Part shown: piece by piece, positions 53,301 through 64,000 of the stretch
How positions within the stretch are numbered: position 1 is the first letter of the stretch
Layout: each line of letters opens with the position of its first letter
From: Rotaria socialis
Lineage: Eukaryota
Direction of reading: 5' to 3'
DNA length: 64,000 nucleotides
NCBI GenBank assembly: GCA_905331295.1
Contig: CAJNYD010000013.1
Location: 62,001 to 126,000 of the forward strand
Notes under the pieces: model-generated
What the model was told of the DNA's origin: nothing
What the model saw: only the letters and a program-made list of their open reading frames with translations
Databases searched by the model: none
Translations under genes and position numbers: made by a program

Positions 53301-55718
53301 ACATAGAAAAACACTTGAAAAAGTTTGGCTTCGACATGCTATTTTCAGTATTGTGTAAGAAATGATTAGAGCAAAAGAAAAAACCTCTCAACTTATGTTT
53401 TGTGTTTAGTCATGTTCGTGGTCGAGTATTTGTTGCACTTGCCAATGAAAAAATTGTTGTATTTCACCGAAATCTAGGTGAGAAAGAAATATCGATTGGA
53501 AAATTTCGAAAAAAATAATTCTTTTTTTGCTTTGTAGATGGAACATGGAATTTAAATAACATTCATTTAATTGTAACTGGTAAAAGTCGTGAATCAGTAC
53601 GATGCATGATTGGCGTTGGAGAAACACTTTGGTGTGGCGTAGCTAATCGAGTTTATGTTCTTCATACGCAAACATTAGAAGTTCGAGTAAGTTTTGTCTA
53701 CTGCTCTTATTATTTTTGATTGATTTTTTTTGCTATCAATTAGAAACAATTTGATGTTCATTCTCGTCCGGATCATTCAGTTCAACATATGACTTGGTCT
53801 GGTGATGGCGTTTGGTTATCTATTCGCTTATCAAGCACTTTACAATTATATCACGCACAAACATATCAACATTTACAAGATGTTGATGTTCAACCATATG
53901 TTGAAAAAATGATTGGTAAATTTCTGTTTTTTCCTCAGAAACATTTTCTATTCATATGTTCGTTTTTTCAGCAACAGAAAAGGCCGGCCTTTATTTTGTT
54001 CATATTAGTGCATTAACAATTGCGTGCCGTCGTTTATGGATTGGTACTGGTAATGGTATTATTATTTCTGTTCCACTTACTGACAGTAAGTAGAGTTGAA
54101 AATAATTTAATTAATCAAGATAAATCATATTGACTGAGATTACTTGAGCGAACAGATAGAGAAAAAACGAATCACTCATGAACCGTTGATAACTCTAAAC
54201 AAGTATAATAGGATCTCGTCCTATCCTAACCAATGCAAAGGGGCATAATTTAAGCTAGATGTTATCCGAGTTGCACTCGTATACAAAGTGCGGTGCGAAG
54301 CAAAACTTCGGATCTTCACGAAAGATCTTCAATTCAAAGAAATCTTGAATACTTTTTATGTAGCCATGATGTAATTCATCACTCTGAAAACTCTATTTTT
54401 ACTTAGCGATACATTCTTAGGGATCGATTTCCATTGATCGATTAATTATTTCTATGATTCATTATCTTAAATCAACTGTAAATGACTAGACTATAGTGGC
54501 TAACATATGTTGATGACGTCATTTTAATTATCTCGAAACAAATTTGTGAGTGAACGGAACTTCAGATTGAAGATTCGAAAACAGGTGTAAGCTGTTCGAT
54601 CTTGATACAACGAAGTTTTTATCATTTTCGGTTCTCGAGATCATCGAGTCACAAAACGACGAAAACAATCCGTACGGTCAAGTAAAAAAGGAAAAGAAAA
54701 ACTCGCGACCGACTACAGAAATGCTTCTGCTTCGCATCGCGTTAATTATCATATTTTCTTTCAGCGAACGATTCTGTCAGGCTGAAAAATTCGTACGCAT
54801 TGCCATTAATTAGCGACTGGTGAATTGGAAATAGACATGTTTTAATAACATTCCATAAGACTTCATTTTGTCATGAAATAACGCGAAGTCTAGTAAATGA
54901 AACGAAGATTCGATCATAACATCTGACTTATATGTTTAGTAAAAGCAAAATAATTAGAAGTACTTATCTCATTTTGTTTCTTAAACAGAAACGCACTCAT
55001 AGCTACATGTTGTATGAGATTGCTTTTTCCTCGAGAACTGAATCGTTTCCTATAGGAAATACTCACAAAAGATGAATATATATGGGTCAGACTAACTAGC
55101 GTAATGAACCCATTATATATCCAGGTTATGCAAAAAAAGAAGAACTGAAAAGTATTAAGGTCAATTATCCGTTCATGTGCAGCGATGCTTATTTTTCATT
55201 GAACTTCTCAGACAGTTTGAAGAGTCCTATCACACCAATCTTGCGCACTTATAAGCTAATTAAATCGTACCTGGAAAAATAGTCTTGATATTGGCTTTCT
55301 TGTTCGTCTAGGTTCAACAACAACAACAACAACGACACCTGGTTCGTCAACAACGAAACCAGGTTCTGTTGTTCGCGTATATGATCAATCACCGTCGTCG
55401 AATTATATTCCCTACTGTAGCATGAATAATGCTCAATTATCATTTCATGGTTATCGGGACGCGGTGAAATTTTTCGTCGCTGTACCCGGTCAGCCACCAT
55501 CGAAATTAGTTCAAGATGAGGAATCATTAAGTTCATCTGTAACTACAAATGCAAATGATGCATCAGCATTAGCTTTCGGTGATATTCTTGTTGTAAGTGG
55601 CGGTGATGGTTATATTGATTTTCGTGTTGGAGATTCAACGGCAGAAAAAATTGACGATGTAAATACTAACAATAGAAATATATCATATCTTATTGTTTGG
55701 CATTTGGGTTCCACTTAA
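47377..55718 (+). CDS. MAPK8IP3: JNK-interacting protein 3/4 (Sunday driver/UNC-16) kinesin adaptor, >25 exons
   Basis: RH1 [33 protein letters not shown], leucine zipper [39 protein letters not shown]2 [29 protein letters not shown], and C-terminal [20 protein letters not shown]. Confidence 0.95.
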
Positions 55719-56185
55719 ATAATGATTTGAATTTATCGCATATATATATATTTTTTTCACCTAGTCAGAGAGAAAAAAAACTAATGATCGATACTCCTCT
55801 GTTTTCCTCGTTGCTTTTTTGTTTTTGTTTACAGTGATGTAACGAAACGCGATAGATTCTGTACTAATATGTATTGATAATTAATGTTTACACTTCATAT
55901 GTCCTGTCCTATTCTATAAAAATTTATTATTTATTCTCGTTATTTCCATTCTGTTTACGCTCTCTATTTTATTTGTTTTTGAAAAAAAGAAGAAAAAAAA
56001 TGAAAGATAACAAAATCTTTTTGTTCGTTTTCTTCATTTTGTTGTTTCGACAGCTTTTAATACATATATATGTGAATTCTTTTTGTGAAGAAAAAAACAA
56101 AACAGAGGAAAAATAGATTTTTTTTTGAAAATATGCTTTACTGTTTTATTTTTTTGAAATTTTTGTATTAGTTTAACGGGCTGAA

Positions 56186-58930
56186 TTAAGCTGATGAATC
56201 AATATTGAGTTGTTCGAGTGCGAGAAGTGTATCAGCCATTTTATCTTTAAGTTCATCTGGTATTAGATGCGGTCGTAAATTAAGTATTTCACTTATTAAT
56301 TCGTCAAAGCCATTTTCGATTGATTCAATTAAGATTTCACGAACCATTCGATCGGAACATTTAGGCGATTCAATTAGTAATTTCGAACATTCTAGATCTC
56401 TTTTATATGTTGTAATCACCAATGGATGTGGATAGTTTTCATTTGACTGTTCAATAGTAGCATTAAATGCAAGAAGTAGATAGAGAATATTAGCGTGTCC
56501 ATTAAAACAAGCTAGATGAATAGGATAGCATTCATCATGATTGGGTCGATCTGGCAAGGCACCTTGTCGCAGTAAATAATCAACTAAGTCATAATCATTT
56601 CGTTCTATAGCCATAAGAAGTGGTGTTTCACCCGAATCCGTACATTCATTGATATCAAAATCTCCATATTGGCAGAGAAGTTCGACGAGTTTGACAGAAC
56701 ATTTATCTGAATAGCAAGCAGCATGTAGAGGATTTGTTCCTAAGGGCATAGAAAAGAAAAACAAGATAGACATTGTCTTAGTCTGCAGCCATGGTAAAAA
56801 AATTTCTTTTTGAGTAGAAAATCTAATTACCTTGACTTGTTTTCCAATCAATTTTTGCTTTAGCCTCAAGTAATAATTGTAGACATTCTACTGAACCGCA
56901 ATGACAACAAGCGTAAATAGGATTGAATATGACACCATCATCGTTTTGATCTAAAATGATTATTCATTTTGTTTTTTGCTAACAACAACAACAACAACAA
57001 CAACAATAAAAAGTAGTTTGCATACCAAATTCATTTATATCAAGGCCAAGTAGAATTATTTTTTCCAGTATTTCATTATGCCCATAGAAAGCAGCTGCTG
57101 TTACATAGGATGGACTTTTTTGATCATCAAGTTTAGCTCCATGATTACATAGAAGAGTGACTATATCCAAATTACCCGATTCAATGGCATACATTAGACA
57201 TGTTTCACCCGTGTTCGATCGTTCATTGATTATTCGTAATGTTGATGTATCATCTTTAGTTTTATGTTCATCGAGTAAATATTTTACCAATGAATAATTG
57301 CCACTTGAACATGCATACATAAATGGAGTGAGACCGTCATGATCAAAAGTATCGATGGATGCACCGTGTGAATACAAATATTTAACTATTTCTAGGCGTT
57401 TTTCAAGTTTTTCAATAACAGATTCATTCAATGGAGTAGTTCGACGTGCATTATGTTCACTTAATAAGCCACGACAAACGAGATGAACTAGAATATAAAA
57501 GTCTCTTTGTTGAAAACTTCTAATGAAAGTTGTTTTTTTTTGTTCCCTTGAAAATATAAAATAAATTTTTCATTCCGGAATCTATAAAAACTTTATGACA
57601 GGAAGTTCATCAAACATTACTTACATTACAAAAAAATCTCGCTCTCATAAAAGAGAACATTATCTGACATAGGCCTCTTTTTTCTTTTTTTGATTGATGG
57701 TTCGCCTGCTGAGTAACTAATAATAAAGATATATATTTATAGTTTTTTATTTTAGATCTTAATTTTGACATCGAGATTTTCTTTTTTTTCTAGATTAACT
57801 CATGTGGAAAATCGCCTTTTTTATTCATTAATATTTAATATTTAATATCTAATAACAAATTTCCTGTCTAAAAAGAATAGTAATGAATGTGTATGCATAG
57901 CGTTTGATCATTTCCGCGCCCAGGCTAGATTATTATAATTTTGACCTTGATTTGACATATGCATAAAATTGTTTGTCGCTCATTTTTTTCTTCTATTAAA
58001 CTTGTTAATAGTATGTATATGTACGGTATACATGATTTAATAACTGTTTATTTATCCCATGAGGTATCCTTATCATTCTCTCTAGTTCATCATCTTATAA
58101 GGAGAATATCCCTTGATGATAAAATATTAATAAAATAAAAACTTATTTTATTAATAGATAGAACAACCTTGAAGCGTTTTCTTCTCACCTGGCGAACGTT
58201 CATCTTCTTGATTTCCATTGACATTAGCTCCGTGTTCAACTAGAATTTTAACAATTTCAAAATTACCATAAAAGCATGCTTCTAGAAAAACCAAAATATT
58301 TCTTTTGCGTTGTTCTTTCTTCGGGAAATTTAAAATATAGTTACCGCATAATGGTGTATATTGTAAACTATTTATTGCATTGACATTTGATTTATATTCG
58401 AGTAACGATCGAACAACATCTTCATTAGAAAACTTAGATGCCCAATGTAAAGCTGTATCTTGACGTGATGTGACTAGGTTAACATCTGCACCGGATGACA
58501 GTAAATATCTCACAGTATCAGCGGTTTCATTAACAAGATTTTCCGGTCCTATACCACAAGCGAAATGTAATGGAGTAATACCGGAGAGTTGATCATTTTT
58601 AACAAATGTACATGTTTGATTTGGATCTGTTTTTCGTTCGTCAAGAAGGTACTGAGCAAGACGTGATAAGGCATAACCTGATGCGGCATGTAATGTTGTT
58701 AAGTTTGGTATACCACTATAAATAACTTCTCGATCAAGTAATTCTTCGAGAAAATTTAATTCATTTTTTTTATATGCCTGAAGAATAATTTCAGTACATA
58801 GGCGCATGTCTTGTGAACGTGAAAGGTCTAATAAATGATTAAGTTCGATATCGAATTGTGTACGATCATCTTGATAGAATGTTCGAATCAACAAGTCGAA
58901 CGAAGAATTATTATTTATGTTGTCAGACAT
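56186..58930 (-). CDS. Ankyrin-repeat protein, multi-exon
   Basis: Repeated GITPLHFAC, DTALHWAS, GLTPFMYAC, GETCLMYAI, TNPLHAAC, GETPLLMAI and YPIHLAC ankyrin motifs in ORFs 58151-58930, 56979-57431 and 56186-56869. Confidence 0.92.
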
Positions 58931-59152
58931 GTTATTTGTATTTATCTAGAAGTGTAAGGAAAAAAATAATGATGAATGAGTACTTAGTTGCGATGGAAGA
59001 GGAAAGTTCTTTTTTTTTAGTAATAAAATGATTCTGCTGCTACTCTCTCTCTCTTTCTCTCTGTGTCATACTCTCTCGTTCCTTATGTCGATAGTTCTTT
59101 GCTTTCTCTGCTGCGAAGTGAATATGAATGTGCGTGTGTGTGCACGCAAGTC

Positions 59153-59166
59153 GTTGCCAAAGAAAC
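59153..59166. promoter_or_regulatory. X-box-like motif between the divergent ankyrin and SLC10A7 genes
   Basis: GTTGCCAAAGAAAC (14-bp X-box spacing). Confidence 0.35.
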
Positions 59167-59905
59167 TTAACGGCATCATTAATGACTAAACTCAAAGAAT
59201 GAATAAAAGTATAGTTGCACTATGTAACTTCGAGTCCTATGTATCTTTTTGCTTCTTAACATATTTTTTTAAACAAACATTCGCCAGACTATTTACATTC
59301 AATATATATATATATATATATATGTTAGAGGAAATAATCTAGAATAGACAATGTATTTCAATAATAATAATCGGACTAACGCAGACACTCTACCAATTTC
59401 CTATGCAAGTGCGTGACAAACGAAAGAAAAGAGGAAAAAACGCACTGGCTATAGGAAAAGGAGCGCTTGACTCAATTTGATTACATCAGTGTCTTTTTCT
59501 TCTTTGTTCTTTGTTCTTGTAATAAATATTGAAGCAAAGAAAAGAGGAAAAAAAGCCTATGCATATAAATGTGGAAACATCCGCATGTCCGAATTATAAA
59601 ACAACGGTCGCCGATTTTTCTATCGTTCCTTTTTACTACATTGAATTCTAGTCTGATGATCTTCTTCTCTTTTTTTCCTTCTTCTCGCTTTCGCTTTTTT
59701 TTCTCATGAGAACATACAAACGATAGTTGATTGGAAATAAAAATGTCTATGGCAACAATGAAATTAGCAAGTCTAGCATACTAATTTAAATGAATAGATA
59801 AATTATTAAATGCCTTTTTCACTATGATACTTTGTTGATTGATTTCAATCTTTATATTCATATCTTTAGATATAAAAATAAAAAATTATATATATATATA
59901 GATTC

Positions 59906-61426
59906 ATGATTGTCTTTAATCGAAAGACACACTTGTCAAAATATTGGTTTCTTTATGGAATATTTTTCTCGGTTATATTAGCTTTTATTTATCCTGAATT
60001 TGGTTCAAAAGAAGGTCATTATTAATAAATATAATAATCTATCACAGATAAAAATAGAACAAAAATAAAAAAGTTTTGTCATCTAGGTCTATTAAAACCT
60101 GAATGGACAATAAAATCATTAGGAACTATCATTATTTTTTTATTGAATGGTTGTTCAATACGAAAAGAGGAACTTTACCGAACAGTTCTTCAATATAGAA
60201 TTCATTTATGCATACAACTATTTTCATTTCTTATTTGTCCTATTCTATTTACAATATTATCTACAATCTATCGATCATTAACATATCAATATCAAATATC
60301 TATTGGGTATAATTTTTTCTGTTTTTATCATTTTACATTTGTATTTATTTTCAGAATAAAAGCATTAGGAACGTTACCATCGCCAGTATCAACTGCTGCT
60401 GTTGTTGTTCGAGCGATCGGTGGCAATGAAGTAAACAAAACGGGAAAAGAAAAAGAATAATTTCTATTATTAAAATATCACTATTGTAGGCGATTGCAAT
60501 GCTTAATTCAACTATTGGCAGCCTATTAGGAACAATGCTAACGCCCATTCTTCTCTACATGATGGTTCGGTATTAAAAAAAATTATTTATATATTTTTGT
60601 TTTCGTATTTAATATAAACGCGAATGTGCTTTTGTTTTCCCATTGATAGCTCGGTGGAACATTTGTAGGTGCACAACATTCGTTTATTCATGTGCTTATA
60701 TCACTTTCAAGTACGATCTTACTACCGATTTCTATTGGACAATTATTGCGCATCTATTTTCCACTTGCTGTCAATCGAATAATGCCATATTCGAATATAA
60801 TTAATAAGTAATATATCAAAGGATGTGTTGTTTACATCAACATGTGTACCTTATCTTCTAGTTGGATATTACTTGGAAATATCTATGTGACATTTTGTCA
60901 AACATTCAAGCAGCATGGTTCATTAGATTTAACGTTTATCAATTTCATAATTCTTTTTATGACAAGTATGAAAAAAAAGAAGGCTGATGGAAATATTGTA
61001 TTTAATTTTGTTTTTTTTTAGTTCTTGTTATACAAATCTTATTAATTGTTGTTCTGTTTTTTGCTTGTCAAAAAAGTCATGTCCGTCCAAATGATACAAT
61101 TGCTATTATATTCTGTGGTAGTCAAAAATCATTAACTTCTGGTATGAAATAAAATGAGTATATAATTAAATTAATTACTTATTCTATTTTTATATATTAT
61201 AGGGATGCCTATTTTACAAATGATTTTTCCTGATAATATTTCTATTACTATACCTTTGCTAATCTATCATCCTATGCAAATTATTCTAGGAAACTATTTA
61301 ACTGGAAGATTTCAACGTTGGTTAAAAGATGCGAAACATGAATGGTTTGTACATTGAAATTATGAAATCAAATGATAAATTGTTTTTTTCTTTTATAGGC
61401 ATCACCGAATCAGCGGAAGAGTTTGA
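59906..61426 (+). CDS. SLC10A7: Sodium/bile acid cotransporter 7-like, multi-exon; start approximate
   Basis: KYWFLYGIFFSVILAFIYPEFGSKEGLLKPEWTIK, LPSPVSTAAVVVRAIGGNEAIAMLNSTIGSLLG, FCGSQKSLTSGMPIL and IPLLIYHPMQIILG. Stop TGA at 61424-61426. Confidence 0.9.
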
Positions 61427-61527
61427 TTAGGCTTATTGTTGTTTCGTTTTTTTAGTTAATGTTTTTGAAAGAAAAAAAAATTTGAATCTTGTTGTGGTAT
61501 ATTTTTCAGATAGCTATTAAAAAGAAA

Positions 61528-62283
61528 ATGTCGACTCCATCTCGTCTTCGTTTAATGCGAGATTTTAAACAGTAAGTTAAATTAGATGATTCAAACTTTT
61601 TTTGAAACATTCATTGATATGTAATAGACTACAAAAAGATCCACCGGCTGGTATTGCAGCTGTTCCTTCAGATGATAATATTCTTATTTGGCATGCTTTT
61701 ATTTTGGGGTTCGTTGAAAACAAAAACCGTTCACATAAAAACAAAAATTGATTTTTCTCTATTAGACCCAGTGATACACCATTTGAAGATGGTACATTTC
61801 GATTACTATTAGGTATAGAACGAAGATTAAAAGAATTCTTTGATTGAATATTACAATTTTAGAATTTACGGAATCTTATCCAAATAAACCACCATCTGTT
61901 CGATTTACATCAAAAATGTTTCATCCAAATGGTAAAGAAAAGAAAGTTTTTGTTTATTATTTCTAACAAATATTTTTAATAGTCTATGCCGATGGTGGAA
62001 TTTGTCTTGATATTCTACAAAATCGTTGGTCACCTACATATGATGTTTCAGCTATTCTTACTTCCATTCAAGTAAATATATTGATATTGAAAATTGTACT
62101 GTTGATTTTTGAAAACTTTTATTTTAGTCATTACTCGACGAACCCAATGTATCATCACCAGCTAATTCAGAAGCAGCTAATCTTTACCAAACAAATCGAC
62201 GTGAATATGAAAAACGTGTTAAAACGACAGTTGAACAGAGTTGGAATGCTGAACCAACACTTGCATCGAATCTTCGTATCTAA
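61528..62283 (+). CDS. UBE2A: Ubiquitin-conjugating enzyme E2 A/B (RAD6), 6 exons
   Basis: [14 protein letters not shown]...DTPFEDGTF...[54 protein letters not shown]. Confidence 0.97.
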
Positions 62284-62914
62284 CTAAGTCAACATATATT
62301 GTAAAGAGATTCTATTGTTTTCTTTTGTCAATTATTAAAAATATTAACTCAATATATATGTGAACTCGAATTTTGTTGACACAGTTTAATCTTGAGACCC
62401 TCAAGATTTTTTTCTTTCCCATTCCTTCTTGTTTGGGCTTCCATTGAGTGTTTTACTGTTGTTATTATCTAGAGTCCTTCTCAAAGGTATGTCTGTGTTT
62501 GGGGGATTTGAAGAGACAAAAAAAAGAAATGAAAGGAGCTTTAAAGTAAATAGAAATGTAAGAGATAATGTAGATATGCAGCAAAGTTTAAAGATAAGAA
62601 TCATTCGAAAAAAAGCAGGCATACGTAGTGAGTCGTAAGAGAATTCTTCCGAACAGTAACATCACATCATCAACTTCAAATTATTGGTTCTGGTGAGTAA
62701 ATCATTAAAAAAGAGTTCGAATTTTATAGAGAGTGAGTGTTTCATGCCTTAAATAAAAAATCGATTCTCTCAAAATTTGAAAATATAAAATATGAAGTCA
62801 TAGCCATCTCATTTTCCTAATACTGTAAATTGCAGGACAATATCGTGATAACAAATCTATTGGTTCGAATTTTCAGCAATCTTTTTATTCAACAATAGAT
62901 AAAATATCGATATA

Positions 62915-63653
62915 ATGAATCGTTTTGGTGATATCGATGCCTCAAATAAAAGACTTCCACCTGTTTATGGTTATCATAGTGAAAAACTTGTGCCTATAGA
63001 GAAAGCACTAGAACCTATCGTACCTCACATTGATGAACTACCACGTTACATAAAAATAGCTAAAAAACATTGTCATTTTCCACCAGAACATGGACTATCA
63101 CAAGATCAATCTGCTGCTGTGCATATTTATACAATGGAATGGGGCGATACTACATTGTATCGTGTTTTGAATAGAGCATTACGATCAGAAAATCGGCAAG
63201 CACTAAAGATATGGTTTCCGTACATGAAACTATTTGACACAGCATTAAATAAGCTTCCTACTGTCAAAGAATCAGTATGGAGAGGTATATCTGTTGATAT
63301 TGGTAAGAATTTCACTAAAAATCAAATTGTGACGTGGTGGAGTGTGAATTCATGTTCATCATCGCCGAACGTTATTAAGAATTTTCTTGATGACAACAAA
63401 AAATCAACTTTATTTTTAATCGAAGCTATCAATGGAAAAAAGGTTTCTGGATATACAGAATATGAAAGTGAAGATGAAGTTATTTTACGAGTGGGTACCG
63501 CATTTCGTGTGAAAAGTGATCCATTGGTTCAATCGAATAGTTCATGCATTGTACATTTAATTGAAATTGATGATAATAATGATCAACCATTAGCATCTGC
63601 TATGTGTCGGATGGAATTGACTTCAGCAGCATTAAGTACTAACAAAACTTCTG
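62915..63653 (+). CDS. ARTC-type (R-S-E) mono-ADP-ribosyltransferase, exon 1; gene probably continues past the window
   Basis: LYRVLNRALR, catalytic motifs VWRG, SVNSCSS and ESEDEVIL. Splice donor G|GTAAGT at 63653/63654, so the last ~30 aa of the ORF are intronic read-through. Confidence 0.88.
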
Positions 63654-64000
63654 GTAAGTCATTTATATTTTTTCTCTATCATTACCATGAATCTTTTTCA
63701 TATGCGTACACAGTTATTTTCACTTCAAGGGAATGTTTCGAAATTCTTTGACTTCGCTTGATTCGTAGAGTTTTTAGAAGCGTCATTTTCAGTTAAAATA
63801 CTCTTCCAATATACAAAAAAAACCTTATTCTGGGGAATTTCTAAAAAACACGATCTATTCAAAGAATTTTGCTCGATAATTTCAAAATTATTTCATATAC
63901 TACTGGATAAGCTGTACTCGAGAAAGAGAGAGAGAGATAGAGATAGAGATCTATTATTCTGACTTTTTCTCTTCTAGTTAATATTCCTGCTAATGCTAAA

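Noticed and set aside
56979..57010. Poly-Cys C-terminus (CCCCCCCC) of the 150-aa ankyrin ORF
   Set aside because: Read-through into an intronic (TGT)n microsatellite after the splice donor
1..64000. CRISPR arrays, prokaryotic operons, tRNA/rRNA genes
   Set aside because: None seen. The sequence is intron-rich animal DNA, with no regularly spaced repeats or cloverleaf motifs recognised by eye.

Overview
AT-rich, gene-dense eukaryotic (animal) genomic DNA with many short (~50-70 bp) GT-AG introns. Gene content and style, including an intron-containing toxin-type ADP-ribosyltransferase, suggest a bdelloid rotifer (inference). I assembled about 16 spliced genes by eye: 5' part of USP34, a stand-alone DH-PH-C2 RhoGEF, TP53I11-like, an NlpC/P60 papain-fold enzyme, POC5, an orphan type I membrane protein, a Cys-rich secreted/GPI-like protein, TMEM65-like, GT10 alpha-1,3-fucosyltransferase, tektin-4, ARMH2-like, JIP3/JIP4, an ankyrin-repeat protein, SLC10A7, UBE2A/RAD6, and exon 1 of an ARTC-type ADP-ribosyltransferase. 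Three non-autonomous inverted-repeat elements have visible target-site duplications. Two single-N scaffold joins carry artefacts. The most notable observations are: (1) an uncharacterised NlpC/P60 enzyme sharing an X-box-like divergent promoter with centriolar POC5, a candidate ciliary isopeptide hydrolase; (2) SLC10A7 and UBE2A only ~100 bp apart, in an operon-like or in-frame-fusion arrangement; (3) an 18-nt JIP3 microexon and a cassette-exon cluster; (4) the R-S-ExE ART. All exon models and homology calls are manual and from memory, not from database searches.
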